A stretch of 61,264 bases of DNA, filler included, from Asterionella formosa (lineage: Eukaryota), in assembly GCA_002256025.1 (NCBI GenBank). It is 17 parts of 17 records of this genome, joined end to end, with 100 filler letters (N's around TTAATTAATTAA, not from the genome) between each part and the next. Parts side by side here need not be neighbours in the genome. Positions count along the whole stretch, not along the records: positions 10,858 to 14,376 come from NKIB01014086.1; positions 14,477 to 17,992 come from NKIB01014087.1; positions 18,093 to 21,608 come from NKIB01014088.1; 14 more parts are not named here. One strand, given 5' to 3'. Both the position numbers and the translations under genes were made by a program. A model generated the notes under the pieces. That model was not told where the DNA came from. It searched no databases and saw only the letters and a list, made by a program, of their open reading frames with translations. Position 1 is the stretch's first letter. Each line of letters begins with the position of its first letter. This document shows, one piece after another, positions 10,858 through 21,708 of the stretch.

Positions 10858-11740
10858 GCATACAGAACCTGAAGAAGGAACAGAAATTCTACCAAATAAA
10901 CTAGACGATGCATGGACAAAACTTACTTTGGTCCAGGACAATGCTAAAGCTCATAAGAAAGAATTTTTGAACAAGAAATGCGAAGAGGCGAGATCACAGG
11001 GAGACAAACCAAAGGCTGAAAAACTTCGGGCAATTATTTCATCAGAATACTTAGCCCGGTTATGGCCGAAACTACGTCGATATGCTAAAGGAGAAATACG
11101 TACAGGTTTAGACAATTACTGATTCAAGATTCAAATGAGATGTTCTATCACTTACTGCAACGGAATATGACTCATTTTGCACAAGCCTGGCATACCCCAT
11201 TTGTTGAGGGATACTTCGGCGCAGTTCTTCATCCATTTCAATACAAGTCTTTCTCTGAATCCATCCTCCAAGGACAGGTAGACTTATCAGAGCTTAGCGT
11301 CAATTCAGCTATGCAAGCTTGTATTAAAAAAAAGATGAAGTTCTGGTAGACATTTTGGTTGACGATTTCAATTCAGGTTTCAAAACTAGTACATTGGAGA
11401 AAACATCATCATCCCCCAGCGGACGCCAATTAGGTCATTATCGCGCGGCATTATCTTCAGATCATATTTGCATGGTGTATGCAACTTAAATGAATTTACC
11501 ATTTAAGTTAGGTTTTACCTTACAAAGGTGGACAAATGCTCTCCAAGTTATGCTGGAAAAGGTCAAAGGTACACCAAGGTTGGACAAATTGAGGGTCGTT
11601 CAATTACTTGAAGCGGACCTAGACATGAGACTCCAAATAGTGTTTGGATGATGGCTCATTCAATGAGCTGAGGATGGCAATAATATATCCCCACTTCAAT
11701 GGGGATTGTCCACAGATGCAATCCTGATGAAGCATTTGAC
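10858..11740 (+). mobile_element. Degenerate non-LTR retrotransposon RT N-terminal region (Ambal-like)
   Basis: TSSSPSGRQLGHYRA...RW...VMLEKVKGTPRLDKLRVVQLLEADL...QWG, with multiple stops and frameshifts. Confidence 0.8.
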
Positions 11741-11745
11741 TTACG

Positions 11746-14376
11746 ATGGCATCAACATCTGTAAGAAGGTCGCAATTGCCGAAGAAGTCAAACGCCAGTA
11801 ATTCTTTTGGTGGGCGTGAAAGCGCAAAACGAAGCAAAAGCGATCGACTTGAGATAGCGGCATATCGTTCTTCTCATCGGAAGCCGCTCCCGCCTCACCA
11901 ATTATCTATATCTAGCCTTACGCAACCAACCCAGCGCGCTGCGAAATGTGAACTTGACTCACACGCTGACACCTGTGCTCTTGGCTGTAATTTTGTACCT
12001 CATTACTTTACAGGACGTGCCTGCGATGTCATTCCATACAACGCAGGTGCTTACGAACCAGAACAAGACATCCCTATTGTTTGCGGAGCAACAGCATTTA
12101 CTTGCCAACAAAGCGGAGAGACTTTCATTTTAATTATCAATGAGGGACTTTATTTTGGCGACAAGCTTGAACACAGCCTCCTCAACCCTAACCAATTGCG
12201 ATTTTCTGGGGTGGTTGTCAACGACAATCCTTTCGATAAAGCGGCACTGCTGTTAATCTCGACAACGGAAATCGATATTCCCCTGCAGAACAGCGGAACA
12301 AACATCTTCTTGGAGACTACCACTCCCACCCAGCGTGAACTTGGTACTTGTACTCACATTCATTTAACCTGCGACACCGAAATATCGTCCATCTACTGCT
12401 TTAAGGAGATGGCGGAGGCTCTACGAGATGTTCGATACCTTAAATCAACCCAAGTGGACGTTCCGGCCACCAGGACTGTTGTTTCGTCAGACCGGCATGC
12501 TCAAGTGAATTATGAGACACTCAGCGAAAGGTGGAATATCGGATTGACTCAAGCGAAACAGACCCTAGAGGTCACCACTCAGAAGGGCATTTGGTAAGCA
12601 ATACTCCCATTGAGCAGGCGGTACCGAACAGATAGGATGTATGGCCAGCGGAAGTTACGGAACCAACGGTTCTACACTGACACCATTTTCGGGAAATGTA
12701 AGCGTATTTCGTAAAAGCGTACCCGATGGAGAAGAAGTCTGGCGCGGGTTTGGCGCTCCGACAATTCATTCGTGATTACGGAGCACCTGAGTACCTCACG
12801 TCTGACGGGGCGTCCGAACAGACTGGACCGAAAACGGAATTCATTAAGAACCTAAGGAAGTATGGGATTGAACATCACGTGAGCGAAACTAAACAGCATC
12901 GACAGAATCGAGCGGAGTCAGTCATTCGCGAAGTGAAGAAGCGATGGTTTCGACAAATGATAAAGCGTTGGGTTCCGAAGCGTTTGTGGGATTACGGAAT
13001 CATGTGGGTGTGTGAAACAATGTCTCTCACTGCTAACTCATCATTTGCGCTGGAAGGTTGGACTCCTATAGAACAAATCACAGGCGAGACACCCGACATA
13101 TCCGAATACTTGGATTTCGGGTTCTACGATTGGGTGTGGTACAAGGATAATACAGGGGTTGGCGAAAACATGTTCGGGCGCTGGCTTGGTGTGTCTCACG
13201 GAGTCGGTAACCTAATGTCGTATTGGATTCTAACCATTGCTTGTCGCGTTATCTCACGCACTACAGTGCAGCGTATCACTCACCTTGAACTGACAACTAG
13301 CGAGGTCAACGACAGATGCAAGGAGTATAACGAGAGGATAAAGGAAATAATGCGTGACGACAACCACCAAAATGCAGGCGACGAGGAGGAGCGACAATTG
13401 CAGGATTGGGATGAATACTCGGATCTGCAGGACGACTCAGTATTTGGCGAAGAGATAAACAATGTTGTGAGCGATCACCAAAAACCAGATGCCGATGACA
13501 CTTTCACGCCCGATATTTTCGAGGATACATACCTCAACAAAGAGATAGCGATAGCGAGGGGCGCTGGAGATGACAACGACGGTGTTCAGTTTGGCAGAGT
13601 CACCAAGAGATTGCGCGACGCCGATGGTAGACCTATCGGCAAGGCTCACGAAAATCCTTTGCTTGACACCAGAGAGTATGAGGTCGAGTTCTTTGACGGA
13701 CACTCAGAGGCATTGTCTTCTAACCTTATTGCTCAGAATTTGTTTTCACAGATAGACGAGGAGGGCGAACGACACGTACTTCTCGACGACATTATCGACC
13801 ATAGGCGGAATGCGACGGCACTCGACAAAGAGGACGCGTTCATCACAATGTCTAACGGTGTCAAGCGGCGGAGACAGACGACTCAAGGGTGGCAACTCCT
13901 GTGCCAATGGAGGGACGGGAGTACCACTTGGGTCGCACTTAAGGATATGAAGCAATCGTACCCCATACAGGTGGTGGAGTACTCAATTGCTAATCGTATT
14001 GATGACGAGGCAGCGTTCGCGTGGTGGGTGCCGACTCTTCTAAAGAAACGGGACCGAGTCCTAGCAAAGGTAAAGTCTAAGTATTGGCAGCGAACTCACA
14101 AATACGGTATACGGATACCGAAGTCCGTCGAAGAGGCGTTAGCGATTGATAAAGCCAATGGCAACACATTATGGTGGGACGCCATCTGCAAGGAAATGAA
14201 AAACGTGCGACCGGCATTTGAAAAGTGGGAAAAGCGAGAGGGAGACCTTCCGCCAGGGTACCAAAAGATAAGGTGTCATTTCGTGTTCGACATCAAAATG
14301 GGCGAAAACTTTCGGCGTAAGGCGAGACTAGTTGCTGACGGCAGCCGGACGGAAACGCCCGCAGCCCTGACGTATT
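11746..14376 (+). mobile_element. Ty1/Copia (CoDi-like) pol: protease, integrase, chromo-like segment, start of RT; disrupted and 3'-truncated
   Basis: Protease CELDSHADTC; integrase SDGASEQ...QNRAESVIREVKKRW; GWQLLCQWRDGSTTWV; RT start FDIKM...RKARLVA. The PR-IN-RT order is diagnostic of Copia. Frame break at about 12597-12726. Confidence 0.9.
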
Positions 14377-14476
14377 NNNNNNNNNNNNNNNNNNNNNNNN
14401 NNNNNNNNNNNNNNNNNNNNTTAATTAATTAANNNNNNNNNNNNNNNNNNNNNNNNNNNNNNNNNNNNNNNNNNNN

Positions 14477-15217
14477 ATTGTCTTCACTCTCCCCAGAAAT
14501 CGCTATAAAATCATCATCAACATTTGGCTCATCAATATTGGGCTCATTGGGCTCTCTCTCTATTCCAAGATCAGTGGATTCAATCTCAGCACTTGCATCT
14601 GCTTGTTGCTCGATTCTTCGAAAAATTTGTTTGGCATATTTAACCTCAGCAGGGCATGTTGGGTCCCCAGTTGGTTTCTTAACTTTGTGCAGTTGTGAAA
14701 ACTTTCGGCGAAGTGAAGGTCCTGTCCGTTCTTTGTCTGGGAAATTCTCGTTGTGCTGTGATGCAACAACTTCCCATTCATGGGACCCAATTGGCAGGTG
14801 AGTAGAAATGGTTTCCAGCAATGAGAGAATCTCATTGATCCTGGACTGTTGACCTCAACTCTGCATGCTTCGGCGAGCTCTTGGAAACGTTGGTGCTCGC
14901 CTGGCAGTTGCCGTTCTTGAAACTGAACTAGTAGGAGCACGTGAAAAATCGTTGTTGTTCCTTGATGGGGACTGAGTAACCCCAGAAACACCAATCTGAG
15001 AAACACCTGGGACACCCATCCTACTGTCCTCATTGTCACTGGCAAACTCATCAGCACCAGTGTCATCTTCATTCTCGTCGTCGTCGTCCTCCTCCTCTTC
15101 TTCAGGTTGAGTCTGTTGTTGTTCTTGTTGCTGGTGACGGCGACGTTCAAGCAGCCTTGAAGAGGAAGGGAAGCCCTCCCTGGCTGCTCTCCTTTGACCA
15201 GAAGAAGATGAAGACAT
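14477..15217 (-). pseudogene. DUF6818-like (Myb/SANT-like) transposon accessory protein with one in-frame TGA; 3'-truncated
   Basis: LPIGSHEWEVVA...RTGPSLRRKFSQL...KPTGDPTCPAEVKYAK. ORFs 14855-15217 and 14477-14821 are in the same frame, separated only by the TGA at 14855-14857. Confidence 0.7.
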
Positions 15218-15299
15218 GGCCGAAATCTAAAAGAGATGACAATTGATTTATTGAGGAGGTTGATTGATATATAACGATATGCATATGTATATGCATACC

Positions 15300-15557
15300 T
15301 ATTTTGGCAAGAGCAAGCCATTTTGAGTATGAGCAAGCAAGTCTTGAAATGTTCCGGGAAATTCTTTATAGTCATTCATGTCTAAACATCTTTTTATATA
15401 ATGCACTGATATTTATAACTGTAAAAAATTTGTGTTTCGAGGTGCTTACCAGGTTTACCAAATTTGGTCAACACAAACACACATTTTGGGGTTATGGGTA
15501 CACGATTTGTTTTATAATAAACATGATAAAATAATTTTTTATTATCAGAGCGCGCCC
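15300..15557 (-). mobile_element. Terminal region of a PIF/Harbinger-type element (GGGCGCGC terminus), copy 1
   Basis: Near-identical reverse complement of 32182-32440. Homology ends exactly at ...GCGCGCCC. It lies directly upstream of the DUF6818-like ORF. Confidence 0.7.
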
Positions 15558-15964
15558 ATAAAGAAAGAACAAAAAGAATTTATTACCCCATCATTTACAA
15601 CTTTTTAGTATCTGGTACCAGGTTGGTACCTGGTACTTGGTACTGTACCAGGTAAAATTGCTGGTATCGGTAAGATAGGTTAAAAGTACCAGTTCATGTA
15701 ATGCTACCACTACCGGTATGTATTCTATGTCCGTGTCGATCATACATACCGGTATGTTTATTTTGCTGACCAAAGAACAAAGCAAAAGCTGCTTTCGATG
15801 TCGTCGTGCCGTCGTCAGCACAATGTTATATTCTTCGCCTGTTACTGTATCTATTTGAACGTACAGAAGGCCTACATACGTAGCGGATCCTCTGAGCAAC
15901 AGGTGAAACTACGATCATTTGAATTTCTGATTTATTCAGTGCGTGGTTATCCAATGATGAGTTG

Positions 15965-16131
15965 CACAACCATTTTACCGGAGGTCGGTGTGTTCCGTTT
16001 GTAACAGGCAACTACATACGACAAATTCTACACACGAGAATGTGGAGAAACGGAATCCAGAATCAACTTGGATGTAATGCTTGATGTCGAAATCGAGCAT
16101 CACATCATCAGCATATCACTCACACCGGAGC
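15965..16131. repeat. Dispersed repeat containing a conserved 15-bp hairpin (copy 1)
   Basis: Shared with 51352-51529. The core GAGAAACGGAATCCAGAATC...CACTCACACCGG is nearly identical; hairpin at 16071-16106. Confidence 0.85.
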
Positions 16132-16942
16132 GATATACCGTTATTGCAGCTGGTACCAGTACCACGATGATGCATATCTCACCAGTGTACATACGGCATG
16201 TACTAGTAGGGATATTTTGTGAGGGAGTATTAGTAGGTAATGTACTGTGTGTGGATTAAAAATGGAACAGCAATAATTCATTTGGACATTGTAACTGCAT
16301 AAAATCATACACTATTCCTCTTAACTATTACCAGTACTCTAGAATCCCATGGATAAATGCTTTTCCTCATTGCAAAGGAGTGAAACCAGCAATGTCTACA
16401 GTCTCAACTGAGGATGGCAGCATATATATAATGCTGATTGTTACCATAATTTACAACCATTTTGTCTACTACTGCAGAGTACATCATTCATGCCTTCCAA
16501 GGATCAAGAAGCTTATCATCATTGCTCATCCTCAAAACCTGTTAAAAAAAGTGACACTTCTCTTGTCTTTGTGATGGCCTGGAAACAACTAAAATTTTCA
16601 ACAGCTGCCTTGAATTGACATAAATACATTCCAAGTGCAAAGATTATGCAATGATTGCAGACTACATGAAAAAACCACTGGTTGGAACGAAATTTATTCA
16701 TTTTCGTGAGCAAATTATGAATTCAAAGTGAGCATCCGTGTCCAGCAGGATTGTGTTGGAGAAATTATTTTAGGAAAGAAAAATCCCGGTATGAATTACC
16801 TACTACATATTGAATCAAATGAATCAAAAAAGAATATGGTTCCAGAGAAAACTCTGAATTCGAAAACAATCTACATCGCCAGTGAAACCCACAATTCTCC
16901 TAAAACTTTTAGAAACGATTACAATCAATTACTGCAACATCG

Positions 16943-17350
16943 TTGTTCATATCTACAGCCTATTTGGTCCCTGACGTGTCCTTACAGGATACAAGAAAGC
17001 ATAGAGTGCTTCGGGACGCAATTTCAACAGATATGTTAGGAATGTTTCCTGAATTATTCGACACCCAGATCATGACAGTAAATGACATTGCTCTTGTTTT
17101 TCTAGACCTTCCAGTATTTGGGATACCACTCATTCAGATCAATGGAAATAATGCTAATATCCCATACGATCATCAATTACTAACTATGATTGGTGCTGGT
17201 TGAACTGAATTTAAGGCATCTTTACCTACACAACTTATGGAAGTACAATTACCAAATCGATCTCGATTGGTCTGTAACGTATTACACTATTTTGACTATT
17301 ATGGAATCATATTTGAGCCTACTGTAATGATTTGTGCTGGCGGTAGTGGT
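16943..17350 (+). pseudogene. Trypsin-like serine protease fragment
   Basis: VNDIALVFL (catalytic Asp region), LTMIGAG*TE, LMEVQL, MICAGG. In-frame stop at 17201-17203; the GDSGG motif is absent. Confidence 0.65.
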
Positions 17351-17477
17351 GGATATGAAAACAAGACTACGCAGGGAGAACAGCGCAAGCCTTTCGACCA
17401 CTTGCATCTGCAAGACAAACACCTCCAGCACAGCATTCGCTGGATGAAGTACATCCACTCCAGCGAGCAGTACATGA

Positions 17478-17990
17478 TCAATGAGTGCTTGGGTCTATGA
17501 AAAATCCGCTGCAGAAACCACAGTTCTGGGCATTTTGGTTGCACCATTTGTTGTCCCCACAAGTAGCCAAATCCCAAGAACAACAGAACTGTGGAATTTT
17601 GCACTGCTTGTACCACTGGTCGAGACGCGTGCATACAGAGTGACCACAGCAAGTGTCATTGACAGTCCCTTCTGAACCGTCAGGAACAATGTTACACTGG
17701 CCCCAAAGATTTATGCATGTGGTGCGATTTGTGGGATCGATCCACGATCCTGTACACTGCCGACAGTTCTGCGAACTCATGGCACACCAATCAGCGACAT
17801 TCGAGGAATAGGCACAATCTTTCAAGTTATAGGAGCAACACGAAGGAGCCACTACTGGAGTGGGTTTTGCAGTAGGGAGACTAGTTGGTGCAGGGGTAGG
17901 TGTAGTGGTTGGTGAACGGGTAGGTGTAGTGGTTGGTGAACGGGTAGGTGTAGTGGTTGGTGAACGGGTAGGTGTAGTGGTTGGTTGCCG
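17478..17990 (-). CDS. C-terminal part of an extracellular-type protein: PT linker + Cys-rich module + CBM1-like domain + second Cys-rich module (5'-truncated)
   Basis: (PTTTPTRS)n from 24-bp repeats. CINLWGQC...CCGHSVCTRLDQWYKQC resembles CBM1. It is flanked by two CCS(Y/W)xLxxC...WC...NCxxCxGx(W/F)IDP modules. Confidence 0.7.
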   Translation of the reverse strand, partial: RQPTTTPTRSPTTTPTRSPTTTPTRSPTTTPTPAPTSLPTAKPTPVVAPSCCSYNLKDCAYSSNVADWCAMSSQNCRQCTGSWIDPTNRTTCINLWGQCNIVPDGSEGTVNDTCCGHSVCTRLDQWYKQCKIPQFCCSWDLATCGDNKWCNQNAQNCGFCSGFFIDPSTH

Positions 17991-18092
17991 GGNNNNNNNN
18001 NNNNNNNNNNNNNNNNNNNNNNNNNNNNNNNNNNNNTTAATTAATTAANNNNNNNNNNNNNNNNNNNNNNNNNNNNNNNNNNNNNNNNNNNN

Positions 18093-18448
18093 TGTTCGGG
18101 ATCCATTCCCTTTTCGTGCATGTCTAATCCCTGTTTGCCATATTTGTCATATATCTTTCGTTTTTCCTCGTCGCTTAATATACTATAGGCTTCACTGACT
18201 TTAATAAATTTGGCTTCCGAAGATTCTTTATCTTTTTCGGCTGCCTTGTCGGGATGATACTTGAGCGCCAATTTACGATACGATGATTTGATATCCTTGG
18301 GCGTGGCAGACCTTTTCAGGTTCAATATTTGATAGTAATCGTCGGCATTCGCTGATTCTCTTTTGCGTTGTTGTGTGCGGGCATACGATGGTTCGGAAGA
18401 ACCCAAAAGAAGAAGGAGAAAGAAGAGGACTGCTGTCAGTCGCATCAT
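18093..18448 (-). CDS. Signal-peptide-bearing DnaJ/Hsp40 protein (ERdj-like), 3'-truncated
   Basis: Hydrophobic N-terminus followed by a J domain (DYYQIL...[12 protein letters not shown]...EAYSILSD...YDKYG). Confidence 0.9.
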
Positions 18449-19389
18449 TGGATGACGAGTTCACAAACCTTGCATTCGATGGAATGAATGAGAATCCCGA
18501 GATAAAAATATGTGATTCTCAACTTTCATTCACTTGTTAATATTCTTTTTCCCGGAATGATATACCCGCAGCGTACAACATCGGTACATACCTGGTCTGT
18601 GTTATAAGCACATGAAGCATCGTCGAATCATGTCGAGGCACGACACATCTCACAGGATGCACATCACGGTGACGTCGAAAGCAAGAAACGCCACGTGTCA
18701 ACAAATGCTTTCTCGTTCTTACCATATGTATGTATACCAGCGAATGTATTGTTGCAGAAATTCTACCAAGGTGCCTGGCTCAATATAAGAGGATCCTAGT
18801 TGCTATGATGTCCTATAGTTATCAAACAGTAAAAATATGTAGTCTAGCCCTTGGTATAGAAACAAATAATGGTATATATCAATTGTAAAGTATGTTTGGA
18901 AGTGCACAGCCACTTTGAGCCTGGACAATGGAGGAGTTCATTGGGTCTCACCACTGGAGCAACAAGAACTGGCATCGGTCTCTCACCATTATATCAAAAA
19001 AGGGTGTGCTCATGATATCATTTCGATACATGTAGCATTTCATATCGGTGTACTAGTACTACATTCCTGTTGGCACTCACATGTATGATGTATAAAGGGG
19101 CTACCACCCATTACTACATTCCTATAGGGCATTACCAGTAGCTTTGACAGCATATTTCACACATTTGTCGGCTTCCACCACTAGCTATGCAAATTGCCAA
19201 TTTGCTATCAATCAATCCTCAGCGGAAAAATAACTTAATTCACATCTTTTGCTCTGAGTATTCATGTTATTGTTGTAGTTGTTGCCTTTTTTGTTGTGTA
19301 GCTACTGTGAAAGAGTCAAAGCTGCTCGTAACATCATCATCACTTGAAATTTTGTGCGTCTCTAATTACATGGAAAAATATGCCATCAG

Positions 19390-19555
19390 CTACTTCAATT
19401 TCGTTGTCAATATTAGTGTTACTAGGATTATGTCGAGATTGATATATGTACCAAATAGGGAATCGTCATTTGCGATTTTTGTGGAGATGTTCGGCGCTAT
19501 TTTCATCATGGTCAACACTTAGACGACATCATGAGGATGAGCGAAGGATTCTCCA
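19390..19555 (+). repeat. Diverged copy of the interior of the 10126-10757 element
   Basis: Shared blocks in the same order: CAATTTCGTTGTCA.TATTAGTGTTA, GTGGAGAT, TATTTTC.TCATGGTCAA, ACATCATGA, GAAGGATTCTCCAG. Confidence 0.55.
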
Positions 19556-20986
19556 GGAAGGTCTGGTAGCGCACGTTCTATCCGCACCTTTCAGTTTCGA
19601 CGCACTCCCAATAGATCATCTCATGCCTGCCGGACAAGATATGCCGGCTTTCCATGAAAATTATATTCCTTAAGTAATTTAGGAAAACGTTGCTCTCATT
19701 ACCCGATGACGATTTGATTGCAAAATCAGGCGCTGAATACGGCTCAGATTTGCTGACTGATGAACGTTTTTCAACAAACCGTCTTCTAGCTTCGGAATCA
19801 ACATAGGAATCCTACCTTTCTATATTTAGAACTTCCTGACAATGACTAGGATTTGCTGACAATCACTAGAAAAACTGCTGACTATGACTAGAATTTGCTG
19901 AAAACGACTAGAACTTGCAAATGAGAATAGATTTTCTGAATGACCCTTATTCCTATGAAGTATATACATGAACAAGCACAACCACTACCCCCTGGTAACC
20001 TTGCTAATACTACAGATACTAAGCATATGTAATGTCATATCTATTTACCCCCGGTACATGGTCACAGTCATTATCATTCCAGATGCAATAACCAACCGGG
20101 GTAGCGCTACATATACTACCTCATTTGCAATATAATACATATCATCATCTATCACATATATAAAAGTTCTTATGTTTTGTAGCCCATTCGTACGTACTCC
20201 CCTATTTCTAGGCAAGTCTGTCATTGTGCTACTACCTGCCAACAAGACCTGTGCTTCCCTAGTTTTGATAGCATTGGTGAGTCCCCAGCCACCTTTTGTG
20301 AAAGGTGATCGTCTTAGCCGCAGTGTTACTAGGGGAACTCCGACCGCCTAGGAAGGCGGCACAAGCTGCTTGTAGGGGGGACAAGCCACTATTTCTTGCA
20401 CACCAGGCAAGACCGTGCGGAATGGTAAGGAGTGTGGGAGTCGAATCCAACAAAAATTTGTAAAAAAAATTGCGTGAATCAAAGGCAACATACTCAATCG
20501 ACTGAGCCATTCCCTTAAGTATTCGTTGTTAATCTTTGTGTTATTTTAATAATTCTTTGCGATTAAACTGTCCAGGTTGTGCTTGGTAGGGATTCTGATG
20601 GACAGATTCTTGGGCTTTGAGTATGCAAAAATGGGTTTGAAATTTGCAAGTTCCACCATCCATGTAGAAGTGCTGATACTGTTGGCTTTAGCATACTGTT
20701 CCCGTGAACCTCAACGTTGAGAAAATATGTTATAACAAACTTCATACGTTCTGTTCTCAATGGCATGATAGCTATGGTTGAATTGATTGACCAAAAAAAT
20801 CCAGCACCTCAAGCTGTTATCCTGACCTCACCTGTGTTGGTTGACATACATGAAAATGTCAGTATTTATTTGTATTACTGGTAATTAATTAAATAATGGA
20901 GGTTGAATGCAGGTTTAAACTGTTGGTAGCTGCAGTACAGTGTACTCCGAGGAACTCATACTCCGAGTAATTCGCCGGCCAAGTAT

Positions 20987-21526
20987 GGCTGGATGCATCA
21001 TGAAACTACATTGGGAAGCCATAGTAGCTACCGGTACAAAATAATTCTCGCAACCAGTACAACATAATTTTAGCTTAAGTAAAATGTTCTATATAAATAA
21101 TATACATATGTATAAAGTTTATTTACACGTGTATCTGCGATCTTGTTGTTGTTATTGTTGCATTTTTGATGACGAACATGAAATCGAAGTCCATTGCGCA
21201 GCGATGGGTATGAAATCGTTGTTCTATCTTCATTGTAACTACTATATGACCTTATAAGAGACATTCCTGTACAGTTTAATCCAGCTTGCCCACTATCAAG
21301 CTCAAGAGTGTGAAACCATTGGTCATGTAGGCGTAGATCTCTGTGCCCAACAAAAAATAGTTCATAAAAAAAGCAAATTGTGTGGAGGAAAGAAAGCCAT
21401 TTGAAGCGGTATGGAAGGATTTTCTATTGTTGAGTAAAGCAACAGTATAATAACAACATGGTGGATGTGATTATTACACGAAAATCCAGGCGCAGAATAT
21501 TATATACCATAGGTTTAGGGTTTAGG
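20987..21526 (+). repeat. ~550-bp dispersed repeat ending in TTTAGGG-like motifs (copy 1)
   Basis: Colinear with 36208-36806. Both copies begin GGCT..ATGCATCATGAAACTACATT and end TATACCATA..TTTAGGGTTTA. Confidence 0.85.
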
Positions 21527-21708
21527 CTAATTCTGACACCTGCTATGAATACCGGTATGTACCGGTAGCACTGCTGATTAGAATAAAAATTTCTATAGTA
21601 ACTGCAAGNNNNNNNNNNNNNNNNNNNNNNNNNNNNNNNNNNNNNNNNNNNNTTAATTAATTAANNNNNNNNNNNNNNNNNNNNNNNNNNNNNNNNNNNN
21701 NNNNNNNN

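Noticed and set aside
16060..16115. Hammerhead ribozyme on the minus strand (CTGATGA followed by a stem)
   Set aside because: The required GAAA does not follow the stem, and no stems I/III were found.
20270..20450. RNase P/MRP or SRP RNA
   Set aside because: Partial look-alikes only (GAGTCCCC, GGAACTCC); the matching CR-V or SRP helix-8 motifs were not found.
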